DNA of 64,000 nucleotides from an uncultured Chloroflexia bacterium (GTDB lineage: Bacteria; Chloroflexota; Anaerolineae; Anaerolineales; UBA11858): the NCBI GenBank assembly GCA_963712165.1, contig CAVQGY010000005.1, positions 123,165 to 187,164 of the forward strand, given 5' to 3'. This document shows positions 16,874 to 25,346 of this stretch, in pieces. The notes beneath the pieces are model-generated. The model had not been told where the DNA came from, did no database searches, and saw only the letters and a list, made by a program, of their open reading frames with translations. A program made the translations under genes and the position numbers. The stretch's first letter is position 1; every line of letters begins with the position of its first letter.

Positions 16874-17416
16874 ATGAAAGGAAAATCGGTTATGAATGAT
16901 CTTTATCCAATCGAGGCTGAACCCAGGAAAGGAAATCCATTAAAATTCATCATTGGCGGCCTGGTTATTGTTGCGGCAATTGTGTATTTAATGGTGTCTT
17001 CACTGCAAGCCAATGTGCAGTATTTTTTGACGGTAGATGAGGTTCTTGAGAAACAAACGGCTGGAGAATTATCAGGAAGGAATATCCGCCTATCAGGGGC
17101 CGTGCTGGGGGACTCTATTCAATATGATATGGAAAATCTGGAGTTGAGTTTTACCATCGTGCATGTTCCAGGAGATATCGACTTGGTCGATGATGAGGGC
17201 GGCCTTGCCGCTGCTCTTCATAATGCGGTGATGGATCCTGCTCGTTCCAGACTGCAGGTTGTGTATTACGGTGCCAGGCCTGATCTGCTTCAAAATGAAG
17301 CCCAAGCAATATTGACGGGGGAATTGCTGCCCAATGGTGTCTTCGAAGCAGATGAGCTTCTATTGAAATGTCCTACGAAATATGAAGGCTCGGTCCCTGA
17401 GCAAACTGATCTATAA
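16874..17416 (+). CDS. ccmE: cytochrome c maturation haem chaperone CcmE, CxxxY variant
   Basis: N-terminal TM segment, an OB-like body, and the C-terminal LLLKCPTKYE where HxxxY normally sits. ATG 16892 is an alternative start. Confidence 0.8.
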   Translation: MKGKSVMNDLYPIEAEPRKGNPLKFIIGGLVIVAAIVYLMVSSLQANVQYFLTVDEVLEKQTAGELSGRNIRLSGAVLGDSIQYDMENLELSFTIVHVPGDIDLVDDEGGLAAALHNAVMDPARSRLQVVYYGARPDLLQNEAQAILTGELLPNGVFEADELLLKCPTKYEGSVPEQTDL

Positions 17417-17455
17417 ATTCCGTGATTTATATCACCCATAGGGTTGGAGTAATTT

Positions 17456-19480
17456 ATGCTAGCTGAGATTGGTTACGGCGCATTATTTATTTCCCTGGTT
17501 GTTTCGGTTTACGGCATAATCGCAGCAATCTACGGCGAAAAGAATCGTCAGAGAAGCTGGATATTAAGCGCTCGCCAAGCGATGCGTTTGGTATTCCCCT
17601 TATTGACAATATCGATTGGTTCCTTGATTTACTTGATACTCACAGACCATTTCGAAGTCGTCTTCGTAGCAAGTGTATCAAGCATCAACATGCCGACTTA
17701 TTTGAAGGTCACTGCTGTTTGGGGGGGACAGTCCGGATCCTTGCTTTTCTGGTCCTGGCTCCTGGCAGGATTCGGTTTTTTGTTAACCTTCAAAAAATGG
17801 GATCGAGATCAGGATCTGATGCCCTGGGTTGTTGCCATATCTCTGGGAGTCATTGCTTTTTTCCTGATCCTGAATACATTTTTTGAAAATCCCTTTGTCC
17901 GTTACTGGCAGGTGAACCAGGAGATCGTTCAATCATTTGCACCTCCTCCAGGAGGGATTCAAGTATCTCCGCGCAACGGAAATGGTCTGAATCCTCTGCT
18001 GCGCCATCCTGGTATGATCATTCACCCCCCGGTGCAGTATCTGGGATTTGTATCTTATATTGTCCCCTTTGCCTATGCCATGGCATCCTTGATCACTGGT
18101 CGTTCGGATGACCGTTGGATCCAGCTTTCCCGCCCCTGGGCGATCTGGGCCTGGTTGTTCTTGTCCTTGGGCTTGATATTAGGTGCCCGTTGGGCGTATG
18201 ATGTGTTGGGTTGGGGAGGTTATTGGGGGTGGGACCCTGTTGAGAATTCTGCATTAATGCCTTGGCTGGCTGGTACTGCATACTTGCATGCGGTGCTGAT
18301 CCAGGAGAGGCGGAACATGTTCAAGCAGTGGCCCATCGTGCTGATCATCCTGACCTTCAACCTGGTTATCTTTGGAACATTCTTGACTCGATCGGGTTTG
18401 TTGTCCTCGGTGCACTCCTTTGCGGCGAGCTCAATTGGCCCGATCTTTCTGGGTTTTATCGCTTTGACATTTACTGCATCTCTATGGCTTTTGAGTTCTC
18501 GCTGGGATAAATTCAAATCCCGCCAGGAGTTGACATCATTCTTCTCCAAAGAAGCCTTGATCCTGCTCAGCATTATTCTTTTCCTGGGTATGTTGGTAAC
18601 GACTTTTTGGGGTGTGATCTTCCCCAATATCTCGGAATTGGTGACCGGGCAGAAAGTAACCGTGGGCCCACCTTTTTATGAACGTGTGGCAGCCCCTATC
18701 CTGGGTGGAATGCTGGCACTGATGGTGATCTGTCCCCTTGCGGTCTGGAGTTTCGTTTCTTTCAGGCACCTGGGCAAATTATTATGGAAGCCATTTATTG
18801 TCTCACTGGTCGGCATCGCTCTACCGCTGATTGGTGGATTGACCAAGATCCCGGCTGTGATCGCCTTCTGGCTGGTCGCTTTTGTGCTGGCCGTGAATAT
18901 TTTTGAGTTCATTCGACGAGCCCGCTTGCGTAGAAGGTCTCATACGGAGACTTATTTCCAATCCTTAACAAAGGTGTTTCAGCGGAACAAACGCTCCTAT
19001 AGCGCCATGATCATCCATGTGGGTATGGTGTTTATGGCCCTGGGCATCATCGGGATTGAGTTCTTCCAAACAGAAACACAGGGAACGATCGCTGAAGGGC
19101 AGGAACTCCAGCTGGGTCCGTATACGATGGAATACGAACGGCTTGATATCTTTGATGCCTCGGATGATAGGAATGTCGCCCGGGCAGTTGTCCTGGTAAA
19201 GAAGGATGGACAGGTGATCGATGAGATCTATCCCCGCCGGGACTACTACTATGATTCCCGCCAGCAGGTAACCATCCCCGGAGTTCGAAGCACTTTGGTC
19301 GATGATTTTTATACGATCCTGGTTGATTGGAAAGAGGTCACGTCTGAAGGGGCGACTTTTAAGGTCTATCATAATCCTCTGGTCCAATGGCTTTGGATAG
19401 GTGCCTGGGTGATTATTGCGGGAGTGGTGGTCGCCTCCCTGCCAGACAGAAAATCCGTTAAGGTTGGTTCTAAAACGTGA
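17456..19480 (+). CDS. ccmF: cytochrome c haem lyase subunit CcmF
   Basis: 674-aa polytopic protein with the WWD motif WGGYWGWDPVEN. Confidence 0.9.
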   Translation: MLAEIGYGALFISLVVSVYGIIAAIYGEKNRQRSWILSARQAMRLVFPLLTISIGSLIYLILTDHFEVVFVASVSSINMPTYLKVTAVWGGQSGSLLFWSWLLAGFGFLLTFKKWDRDQDLMPWVVAISLGVIAFFLILNTFFENPFVRYWQVNQEIVQSFAPPPGGIQVSPRNGNGLNPLLRHPGMIIHPPVQYLGFVSYIVPFAYAMASLITGRSDDRWIQLSRPWAIWAWLFLSLGLILGARWAYDVLGWGGYWGWDPVENSALMPWLAGTAYLHAVLIQERRNMFKQWPIVLIILTFNLVIFGTFLTRSGLLSSVHSFAASSIGPIFLGFIALTFTASLWLLSSRWDKFKSRQELTSFFSKEALILLSIILFLGMLVTTFWGVIFPNISELVTGQKVTVGPPFYERVAAPILGGMLALMVICPLAVWSFVSFRHLGKLLWKPFIVSLVGIALPLIGGLTKIPAVIAFWLVAFVLAVNIFEFIRRARLRRRSHTETYFQSLTKVFQRNKRSYSAMIIHVGMVFMALGIIGIEFFQTETQGTIAEGQELQLGPYTMEYERLDIFDASDDRNVARAVVLVKKDGQVIDEIYPRRDYYYDSRQQVTIPGVRSTLVDDFYTILVDWKEVTSEGATFKVYHNPLVQWLWIGAWVIIAGVVVASLPDRKSVKVGSKT

Positions 19481-19487
19481 GGTCTTG

Positions 19488-20000
19488 ATGAGTAAGGAAA
19501 ACACAATTAACCACTGGAAAATCCTTTCAATGCTGCTCTTGCTCTGCCTGATCCCGGTATCTGTCTCCGCCCAGGGTTCAGGTCCAACCGATGATGATGT
19601 TAACGCTGTCGCCAAACAGCTCTACTGCCCCGTGTGTGAGAATATCCCACTGGACGCTTGCGGGACGCAGGCTTGCGAACAATGGAGGGGAATCATCAAG
19701 GACAGGCTTGCAGAAGGGTGGACTGAGGATCAGATCAAGGATTATTTCGTCGCTCAATACGGGGATCGGGTATTAGCGGAACCTCCCCGGACAGGTTTTA
19801 ACTGGGCTGTTTATCTTGTGCCTGCTGTGTTGTTTGTCGGTGGTGGTTTATTGTTTTACAGGGGATTTATGAAGTGGCGGACCCCCGCTGAGGATCGTGA
19901 CCAGCGCCGGGAGGAAAGGATGACCAAAATACCTGATAAACCTTCGGATGAGGATATCAGGCGGGTAGAGGAAGAATTGCTGAAGAGGGCCAAGGATTAA
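19488..20000 (+). CDS. ccmH: cytochrome c maturation thiol-oxidoreductase CcmH
   Basis: Signal peptide, LYCPVCENIPLDACGTQ (the LRCxxC-type motif), DYFVAQYGDRVLAEPP, then a TM segment. Start moved to ATG 19488. Confidence 0.85.
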   Translation: MSKENTINHWKILSMLLLLCLIPVSVSAQGSGPTDDDVNAVAKQLYCPVCENIPLDACGTQACEQWRGIIKDRLAEGWTEDQIKDYFVAQYGDRVLAEPPRTGFNWAVYLVPAVLFVGGGLLFYRGFMKWRTPAEDRDQRREERMTKIPDKPSDEDIRRVEEELLKRAKD

Positions 20001-20001
20001 T

Positions 20002-20511
20002 ATGAAGAAGATATTGCTCTGGAGTGGATTGGGATTGTTATTGCTTTTCCTGACCATTGGAATCATCAGATCGCAAAAGGGTCAGGTGAGCGTAGGTGAA
20101 ATTGCCCCCGATTTCGAATTGATTACTTTTGAAGGTAATTCCTATCAATTGGCAGATTACCAAGGCAGTGTGGTTGTGGTCAATTTCTGGGCTTCCTGGT
20201 GTGAATCCTGCAAACCTGAAGCAAGGGATCTGGAAGCTGCATACCAGTATTACCTGGACCGAGGAGATGTGCTCTTTCTAGGCGTAGATTATGTCGATAC
20301 TGAGCCGGAAGCCTTGGCGTATCTGGAAGAATTCGGTATTACCTATCCGAATGGACCAGATTTGAGAACAGAGATCTCGCAAGCTTACCGGGTTGGGGGG
20401 GTGCCCGAGACTTTTGTTATCGACCAGGATGGGTTGATCGCCCATGTCCAGATAGGGCCTTTTCAATCCCTTGAGGACATTCTACTTAGAATAGATCCTT
20501 TATTGGATTAA
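20002..20511 (+). CDS. ccmG: TlpA/ResA/CcmG-type periplasmic thioredoxin
   Basis: N-terminal TM anchor, FWASWCESCKPE (CxxC), GVPETFVID. Confidence 0.85.
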   Translation: MKKILLWSGLGLLLLFLTIGIIRSQKGQVSVGEIAPDFELITFEGNSYQLADYQGSVVVVNFWASWCESCKPEARDLEAAYQYYLDRGDVLFLGVDYVDTEPEALAYLEEFGITYPNGPDLRTEISQAYRVGGVPETFVIDQDGLIAHVQIGPFQSLEDILLRIDPLLD

Positions 20512-20529
20512 CCGGGCAGAGGTGGCAAT

Positions 20530-20985
20530 ATGGAATCAGGTTCTTTTATAGTCGTACTATTTATTTTCATCCTGTCTGGATTCTACATCCTGCGGCCCTT
20601 TTTTGTCAGCTCAAACCGGGGAGGAAGGGCAGGATCTACTTTGAGGGATTCCCTGGTTGCTGAACGGGAACGACTCCTCAGCGCAATTGAGGAACTCGAT
20701 CTCGAGTTCGAGTTGAAGAAGATCTCTGTCACGGAGCATTCCCGGAACAGGGATATCCTGTTGGCAGAGGCAGCTAAAGTAATCAAAGAACTGGATGATT
20801 TGCCAGGATCCAAACCGGGAAAAAGCAAGAAGTCAGCCTCGACCCAAAAAGGTGATGACCTGGAGAAAATGATTGCTGACCGCCGGAAGCAATTAAAAGG
20901 TGACAGAAAGATCAAGTGCGCCAAATGCGGTAAATCCGTAGAGCAAGGCGCCCAATTTTGCAGTCATTGCGGAGAAGCATTGTGA
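20530..20985 (+). CDS. membrane-anchored protein with a CcmI-N-terminus-like helix and a C-terminal zinc ribbon
   Basis: TM helix, then LVAERERLLSAIEELDLEFELKKIS..., ending CAKCGKSVEQGAQFCSHCG. Confidence 0.6.
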   Translation: MESGSFIVVLFIFILSGFYILRPFFVSSNRGGRAGSTLRDSLVAERERLLSAIEELDLEFELKKISVTEHSRNRDILLAEAAKVIKELDDLPGSKPGKSKKSASTQKGDDLEKMIADRRKQLKGDRKIKCAKCGKSVEQGAQFCSHCGEAL

Positions 20986-22289
20986 TCAAGAGAAATCTTA
21001 CTGTTAACAGATGGCTTGGGTTATTGCTCGCGATCAGTTTTGTTGTATCCGGCTGCAGTTCATTTGAGTTTGATATCACACCACCCCCCTCGGATGCACA
21101 GGTGGATCAGGCTCCTGCAACGCTTTGGCCTACCCAGACACCGGCTCAGGAAGTTCCCCAGATTTCCCCTACACTATCTCCTGAAGAGCTCGAGGGCGAT
21201 AATATCGTTGTGAATGTGGTAGATCAAAGCGGTGGTGCTCTGTTAGAGCAGGAGCTGGTTGTCGAACTGGCTGGTTTTGAGGAATTTGAATTGGTCTATG
21301 AAGATGCTGAGATCCTAACATCAGGCAATAGGATTATATTTTCAGATGCCCCTTTCCTGGAAGGTAGAGTGTATTTTGCATCCATTTCCCTGGGGGGTGC
21401 CATTTACAGATCTGAGATCGTTGAGCTCGGTGCCGAAACAGACCTGTTGGAGCTAACCATTCATATCTTTGAAACGACTACAAGCGATGAGAATCTGGTT
21501 ATTGATCGGATCCATCTCCTGGCTGATTTCCCCTCACCGGATTCTGCTCAGATCGTTGAGATCTATATCGTTTCCAATCTGGGAGATACCACAGTAGTAG
21601 CTGAAAATCCCGGTGATGCATCCATTTCCTTCCCCTTGCCCTCCGGAGCGCAATCCATAGAATTTGAGAATGGCGCGTTGGGGCAGCGTTATTTGCGAAC
21701 AGAGGATGGATTTGGCGATACGGTGAGCATTCCTCCGGGTTCTGGTGTATATCAGGTCCTGGTTTATTACAGTCTTCCCCTCCAGCGAAACAGGATCAAT
21801 TTTTCGCAGGAGATGCCCTATCCTGTCCGGGCCGTGACCGTGATGACTCCTGCTGACGAGGCTGTCTTGAAAGGCTCATCCCTCGAAGACCAGGGGATCC
21901 AGGCCATACCTGATGGCTACGTTCAAATTTACTCTGGAGCTGAACTTGCGAAGGGTGAATCCCTTGATTTCCGGCTGACAGTGGTCTCTGAGACCCTTGC
22001 CCTGCCTGCAGACGGGACGGAAATCCTCCCCAGAGGCTTGGTAATTGGCGCAGGAGTGCTGGGAGGTATGATTTTTTTTGTAGGGATGGGGCTCTTTTTA
22101 CGGCGCCGCCGCGAGGATCTGTCGCTGGACGCAGATCCAGCTCTTGATGAAAATGCCGAACAGATCCTTGATTCTATCATCGCCCTTGAGGACCTCTATC
22201 AGGAAGGCGAGATCACAGAAAAAGACTACTTGAAAAAGCGCCAGGATTTAAAAGGCAAATTGAAAGCGCTTGAAGGCGATCAAGATTAA
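20982..22289 (+). CDS. lipoprotein with a large ectodomain, C-terminal TM segment and SHOCT-like tail
   Basis: The GTG start overlaps the upstream TGA (GTGA). Lipobox FVVSGCSS, TM GLVIGAGVLGGMIFFVGMGLFL, tail YQEGEITEKDYLKKRQDLKGKL. Confidence 0.65.
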   Translation: MIKRNLTVNRWLGLLLAISFVVSGCSSFEFDITPPPSDAQVDQAPATLWPTQTPAQEVPQISPTLSPEELEGDNIVVNVVDQSGGALLEQELVVELAGFEEFELVYEDAEILTSGNRIIFSDAPFLEGRVYFASISLGGAIYRSEIVELGAETDLLELTIHIFETTTSDENLVIDRIHLLADFPSPDSAQIVEIYIVSNLGDTTVVAENPGDASISFPLPSGAQSIEFENGALGQRYLRTEDGFGDTVSIPPGSGVYQVLVYYSLPLQRNRINFSQEMPYPVRAVTVMTPADEAVLKGSSLEDQGIQAIPDGYVQIYSGAELAKGESLDFRLTVVSETLALPADGTEILPRGLVIGAGVLGGMIFFVGMGLFLRRRREDLSLDADPALDENAEQILDSIIALEDLYQEGEITEKDYLKKRQDLKGKLKALEGDQD

Positions 22290-22295
22290 ACAGAA

Positions 22296-23000
22296 ATGAT
22301 CCTTGTTAAGAAACTAGTAAAACGTTTTGGACCGTTGCCGGTACTCCGCGAGCTTGATTTTGAAGTCGAATCCGGAGAGTTTGTGGCATTATTGGGTCCT
22401 AATGGAGCAGGTAAGACAACCTTGCTGCGCATTCTGGCAACGTTATCCCGACCGACCTCCGGCCTGGTCCAGATCGCTTCTTACAGGCTTCCCCAGTCCG
22501 GTGCAGCCCTGCGGGCTCATCTGGGCGTGGTTTCCCACCAGCCGCTGCTTTATGGGGATCTGACAGCGGAAGAGAACCTTCGCTTCTTTGCCAAATTTTA
22601 TTCCGTGAACCGTGAGAGGATCCTTGAGGTCCTCGCCCTGGTTGGATTGACAAAGCGCAAGGATGACCTGGTAAGAACCTATTCTCGGGGAATGCAGCAG
22701 CGATTGACCATCGGAAGGGCAATCCTTCATAATCCCCGCATCCTGCTTCTGGATGAGCCCCATACTGGATTGGATCAGGAAGCTGGAGAGATCCTGGATC
22801 AGGTGCTTCAAGCAGTTGCCCTGGAAGGTCGAACAGTCGTGATGACCTCCCATGATCTGGTCCGGGCCGCAAATCTGGCTACCAGGGTTGACCTTCTTTC
22901 TCGCGGCAAAATCAGCGCATCGGTCTCGACTGATGATCTGACCGCCAGCGACCTGGTGGATTTCTACCGGACAGCGCTGAAGGGAGGGATGGAAGGATGA
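22296..23000 (+). CDS. ccmA: haem exporter ATPase CcmA
   Basis: GPNGAGKTT, YSRGMQQRL, LLLLDEPHTGLD. Followed by ccmB with an ATGA overlap. Confidence 0.85.
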   Translation: MILVKKLVKRFGPLPVLRELDFEVESGEFVALLGPNGAGKTTLLRILATLSRPTSGLVQIASYRLPQSGAALRAHLGVVSHQPLLYGDLTAEENLRFFAKFYSVNRERILEVLALVGLTKRKDDLVRTYSRGMQQRLTIGRAILHNPRILLLDEPHTGLDQEAGEILDQVLQAVALEGRTVVMTSHDLVRAANLATRVDLLSRGKISASVSTDDLTASDLVDFYRTALKGGMEG

Positions 23001-23671
23001 AATTCTACCTGCGCGCTGTAGGAGCGGTGATCTGGAAGGATTTCCGGATGGAGTGGCGGAATCGCGAAAACCTCTCAGCTATGCTGGTTTTTGCCCTGCT
23101 GGTGATCCTCATCTTTAATTTTGCCCTTGATCTGGACCTGCAAGCCAAAGCCTCACTTTCAGCTGGTGTGTTGTGGTCCACCTTCATCTTTGCCGGGACA
23201 ATCGGATTGAACCGTTCCCTGGCCGTGGAGAAGGATCGTGGCTGCCTGGATGGTTTGTTATTGGCCCCGGTTGACCGCAGTGTGATCTATTTCGGAAAAG
23301 CCATCGGAAACCTGGTTTTCATGTTAATTGTCGAGGCGATCATCTTGCCCATTTTCAGTTTTCTATATGGGATTAACGTTTTCCAGCCCGGTTTTCTGGG
23401 TGTTGTCATCCTCGGCTCAATTGGATATGCCGCGGTGGGGACCCTGCTTTCCACCATGGTAGTGCAGGCGCGGACAAGGGATATCCTGCTGCCCATTTTG
23501 TTATTTCCCCTGACCCTACCAGTGATCATAGCGGCGGTTAATGCCAGCCAGGGTTTTTTCCAGAATCTGCCTTGGGCAGATTTCTCTGTCTGGGTAAATA
23601 TCCTTGTAGCCTATGATTTAATATTTATCGCTGGGGCTTTTATGGTGTTCGATTATGTATTGGAGGACTAA
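22997..23671 (+). CDS. ccmB: haem exporter permease CcmB
   Basis: 224 aa, about 6 TM segments, positioned between ccmA and ccmC. Confidence 0.8.
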   Translation: MKFYLRAVGAVIWKDFRMEWRNRENLSAMLVFALLVILIFNFALDLDLQAKASLSAGVLWSTFIFAGTIGLNRSLAVEKDRGCLDGLLLAPVDRSVIYFGKAIGNLVFMLIVEAIILPIFSFLYGINVFQPGFLGVVILGSIGYAAVGTLLSTMVVQARTRDILLPILLFPLTLPVIIAAVNASQGFFQNLPWADFSVWVNILVAYDLIFIAGAFMVFDYVLED

Positions 23672-23674
23672 TAG

Positions 23675-24382
23675 ATGAAAGCAAAACCCCGTTTATTGAC
23701 CGCACTTGACATTTTGTCAGTGTTGATGATCTTGACGGCAGCCGGGCTGGTATTCCTGTATGCTCCGGTCGAACAGCTGATGGGCGCAGTCCAGAAAGTA
23801 TTCTATTTCCATGTGGCAACTGCTTGGGTGGGCATGCTTGGTTTCCTGGTTGCTGCTGTGGCTGGCGCTTTGTATCTCCGGCAGGGAAAAGAGCGCTGGG
23901 ATATTGTTGGGGTTTCGGCTGTAGAAATCAGCCTGGTGTTCTTCCTGATCGCTATCATCATGGGCTCTATCTGGGCCAGGCCGATCTGGAATACCTGGTG
24001 GACCTGGGATCCAAGATTGACCACTGCCGCGATCGTGGAGCTTATCTACGCGGCTTATATGCTGCTCCGATCCGGAGTGGACGACCCCGAACGCCGTGCT
24101 CGATTTTCGGCTATTTATGCCCTGTTCGGCTTTATCAGCGTGCCCCTGACCTTTATATCTATCCGCCTTTTGCGAACTATACATCCGGTGGTGATTGGAA
24201 ATGCCGAAGCTGCAGCTCAGGGAGGTTTCAACATGGATCCATCCATGAAAACAGCCTTCTTTTTCAGCCTGGCAGCATTTTCGGTTTTCTTTGTAGATCT
24301 GCTCTGGCACCGGATACGTTTAGGTGAATTAAAAACGAAAGTGGAATCATTGCGAGTTGAATCCTTTCAAGAGGAGAACTAA
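23675..24382 (+). CDS. ccmC: haem exporter protein CcmC
   Basis: WWD motif IWNTWWTWDPRLT in a polytopic 235-aa protein. Confidence 0.88.
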   Translation: MKAKPRLLTALDILSVLMILTAAGLVFLYAPVEQLMGAVQKVFYFHVATAWVGMLGFLVAAVAGALYLRQGKERWDIVGVSAVEISLVFFLIAIIMGSIWARPIWNTWWTWDPRLTTAAIVELIYAAYMLLRSGVDDPERRARFSAIYALFGFISVPLTFISIRLLRTIHPVVIGNAEAAAQGGFNMDPSMKTAFFFSLAAFSVFFVDLLWHRIRLGELKTKVESLRVESFQEEN

Positions 24383-24385
24383 TCC

Positions 24386-24541
24386 ATGTTAAGTAAGTTA
24401 ATGACTCCCGATACTGTAAATTATATGATTGCCGGGTATGTGGTGATCACAGTTGGCATTGGAATGTACCTGGCCAGCCTGGCCCTGCGATGGAGTAAAG
24501 CAGTAAAGGCCTATCAGCAGTACAAGAACGAACAGGATTAA
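24386..24541 (+). CDS. ccmD: CcmD-like small single-TM protein (51 aa; not in the supplied ORF track)
   Basis: ATG 24386 lies 3 nt after the ccmC stop, preceded by GAGGAG. Translation: MLSKLMTPDTVNYMIAGYVVITVGIGMYLASLALRWSKAVKAYQQYKNEQD. One TM helix followed by a basic tail, as in CcmD. Confidence 0.65.
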   Translation: MLSKLMTPDTVNYMIAGYVVITVGIGMYLASLALRWSKAVKAYQQYKNEQD

Positions 24542-24663
24542 TCCGTAGTTTGAATTAATAGCTGGCCTACCAGATCTCCCGGGGATTATTCATCGTGATA
24601 TGGATGTTCTCCGTGGTAGTCTGAGCGGCCAGCTTTTTGATTTAATGATGCTGCAATAACGCA

Positions 24664-25119
24664 TCACAGGCTTAACTTCAATACTCGCTCCCCATCCAGT
24701 ATTTCTCCAGTTTCCTCAAATCCCAACTTGTAATAAAAGGGAGAAGGATCGCCTTCTCCCTCTATATAACTGGTCTTTAGTTCTGCAGCGCCTGGCAGGG
24801 TCCTGACATGTTCTATGACCTGCTGCATGGCTTGATAACCGTAACCCTTTCTCTGATGGTTTTTGTCAATCATCAACCTCCACAGAAAGTACTCGGGCTT
24901 TTCCGGGTCGGCATAAAGCATCACAAATCCTACTGGCGTGTCACCCAGATAGATCCTTCTGAACCAGGCTTCTTTGCTGAAATAAGCTTCGGATATGGAA
25001 AAGGCATTGGGTGCCACAAAGGAGCGCTGTTCTTCAGCCACTTCCAGTTTCATGACCGGCCAGAGAGTGTTTTCGGTGATTTCTTTGAGTTGGATCGTTT
25101 CAGTAGATTCATGGTCCAT
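24664..25119 (-). CDS. GNAT N-acetyltransferase (diamine/SpeG-like)
   Basis: WRLMIDKNHQRKGYGYQAMQQVIEH (acetyl-CoA-binding Q/RxxGxG/A motif), FYYKLGFEETG. Confidence 0.8.
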   Translation of the reverse strand: MDHESTETIQLKEITENTLWPVMKLEVAEEQRSFVAPNAFSISEAYFSKEAWFRRIYLGDTPVGFVMLYADPEKPEYFLWRLMIDKNHQRKGYGYQAMQQVIEHVRTLPGAAELKTSYIEGEGDPSPFYYKLGFEETGEILDGERVLKLSL

Positions 25120-25346
25120 GGTCCCCTCCAGTTGAGGATAGTAGTTATTGTGCTGTAATTCAGATATAGCCAGATAAATAGCAGATGGAGGTTGGCTGCC
25201 TGCTATCTGCAGAAATATGATTTGTGGTGTTCTAAATGGGATACAAGCCTAAGATTAAATACCGAGGCCGGGCAGGATGGATTCAATATCAACCCAATCG
25301 ATCCTCTGCCCGGCGCTCCGGCTTCGCAGGAAATATCCTGAGAAGT

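Noticed and set aside
18965-19615. Long antisense or alternative-frame ORFs inside well-supported genes. Examples: 18965-19615(-) in ccmF; 23717-24310(-) and 23824-24327(+) in ccmC; 22399-22872(-) in ccmA; 40254-40763(+) in rtcB; 2325-2849(-) in the lipid kinase; 43922-44383(+) in uvrB.
   Set aside because: They overlap genes with clear family motifs. They have Arg/Pro/Ser/Gly-rich low-complexity translations typical of shadow frames, and they lack ribosome-binding sites.
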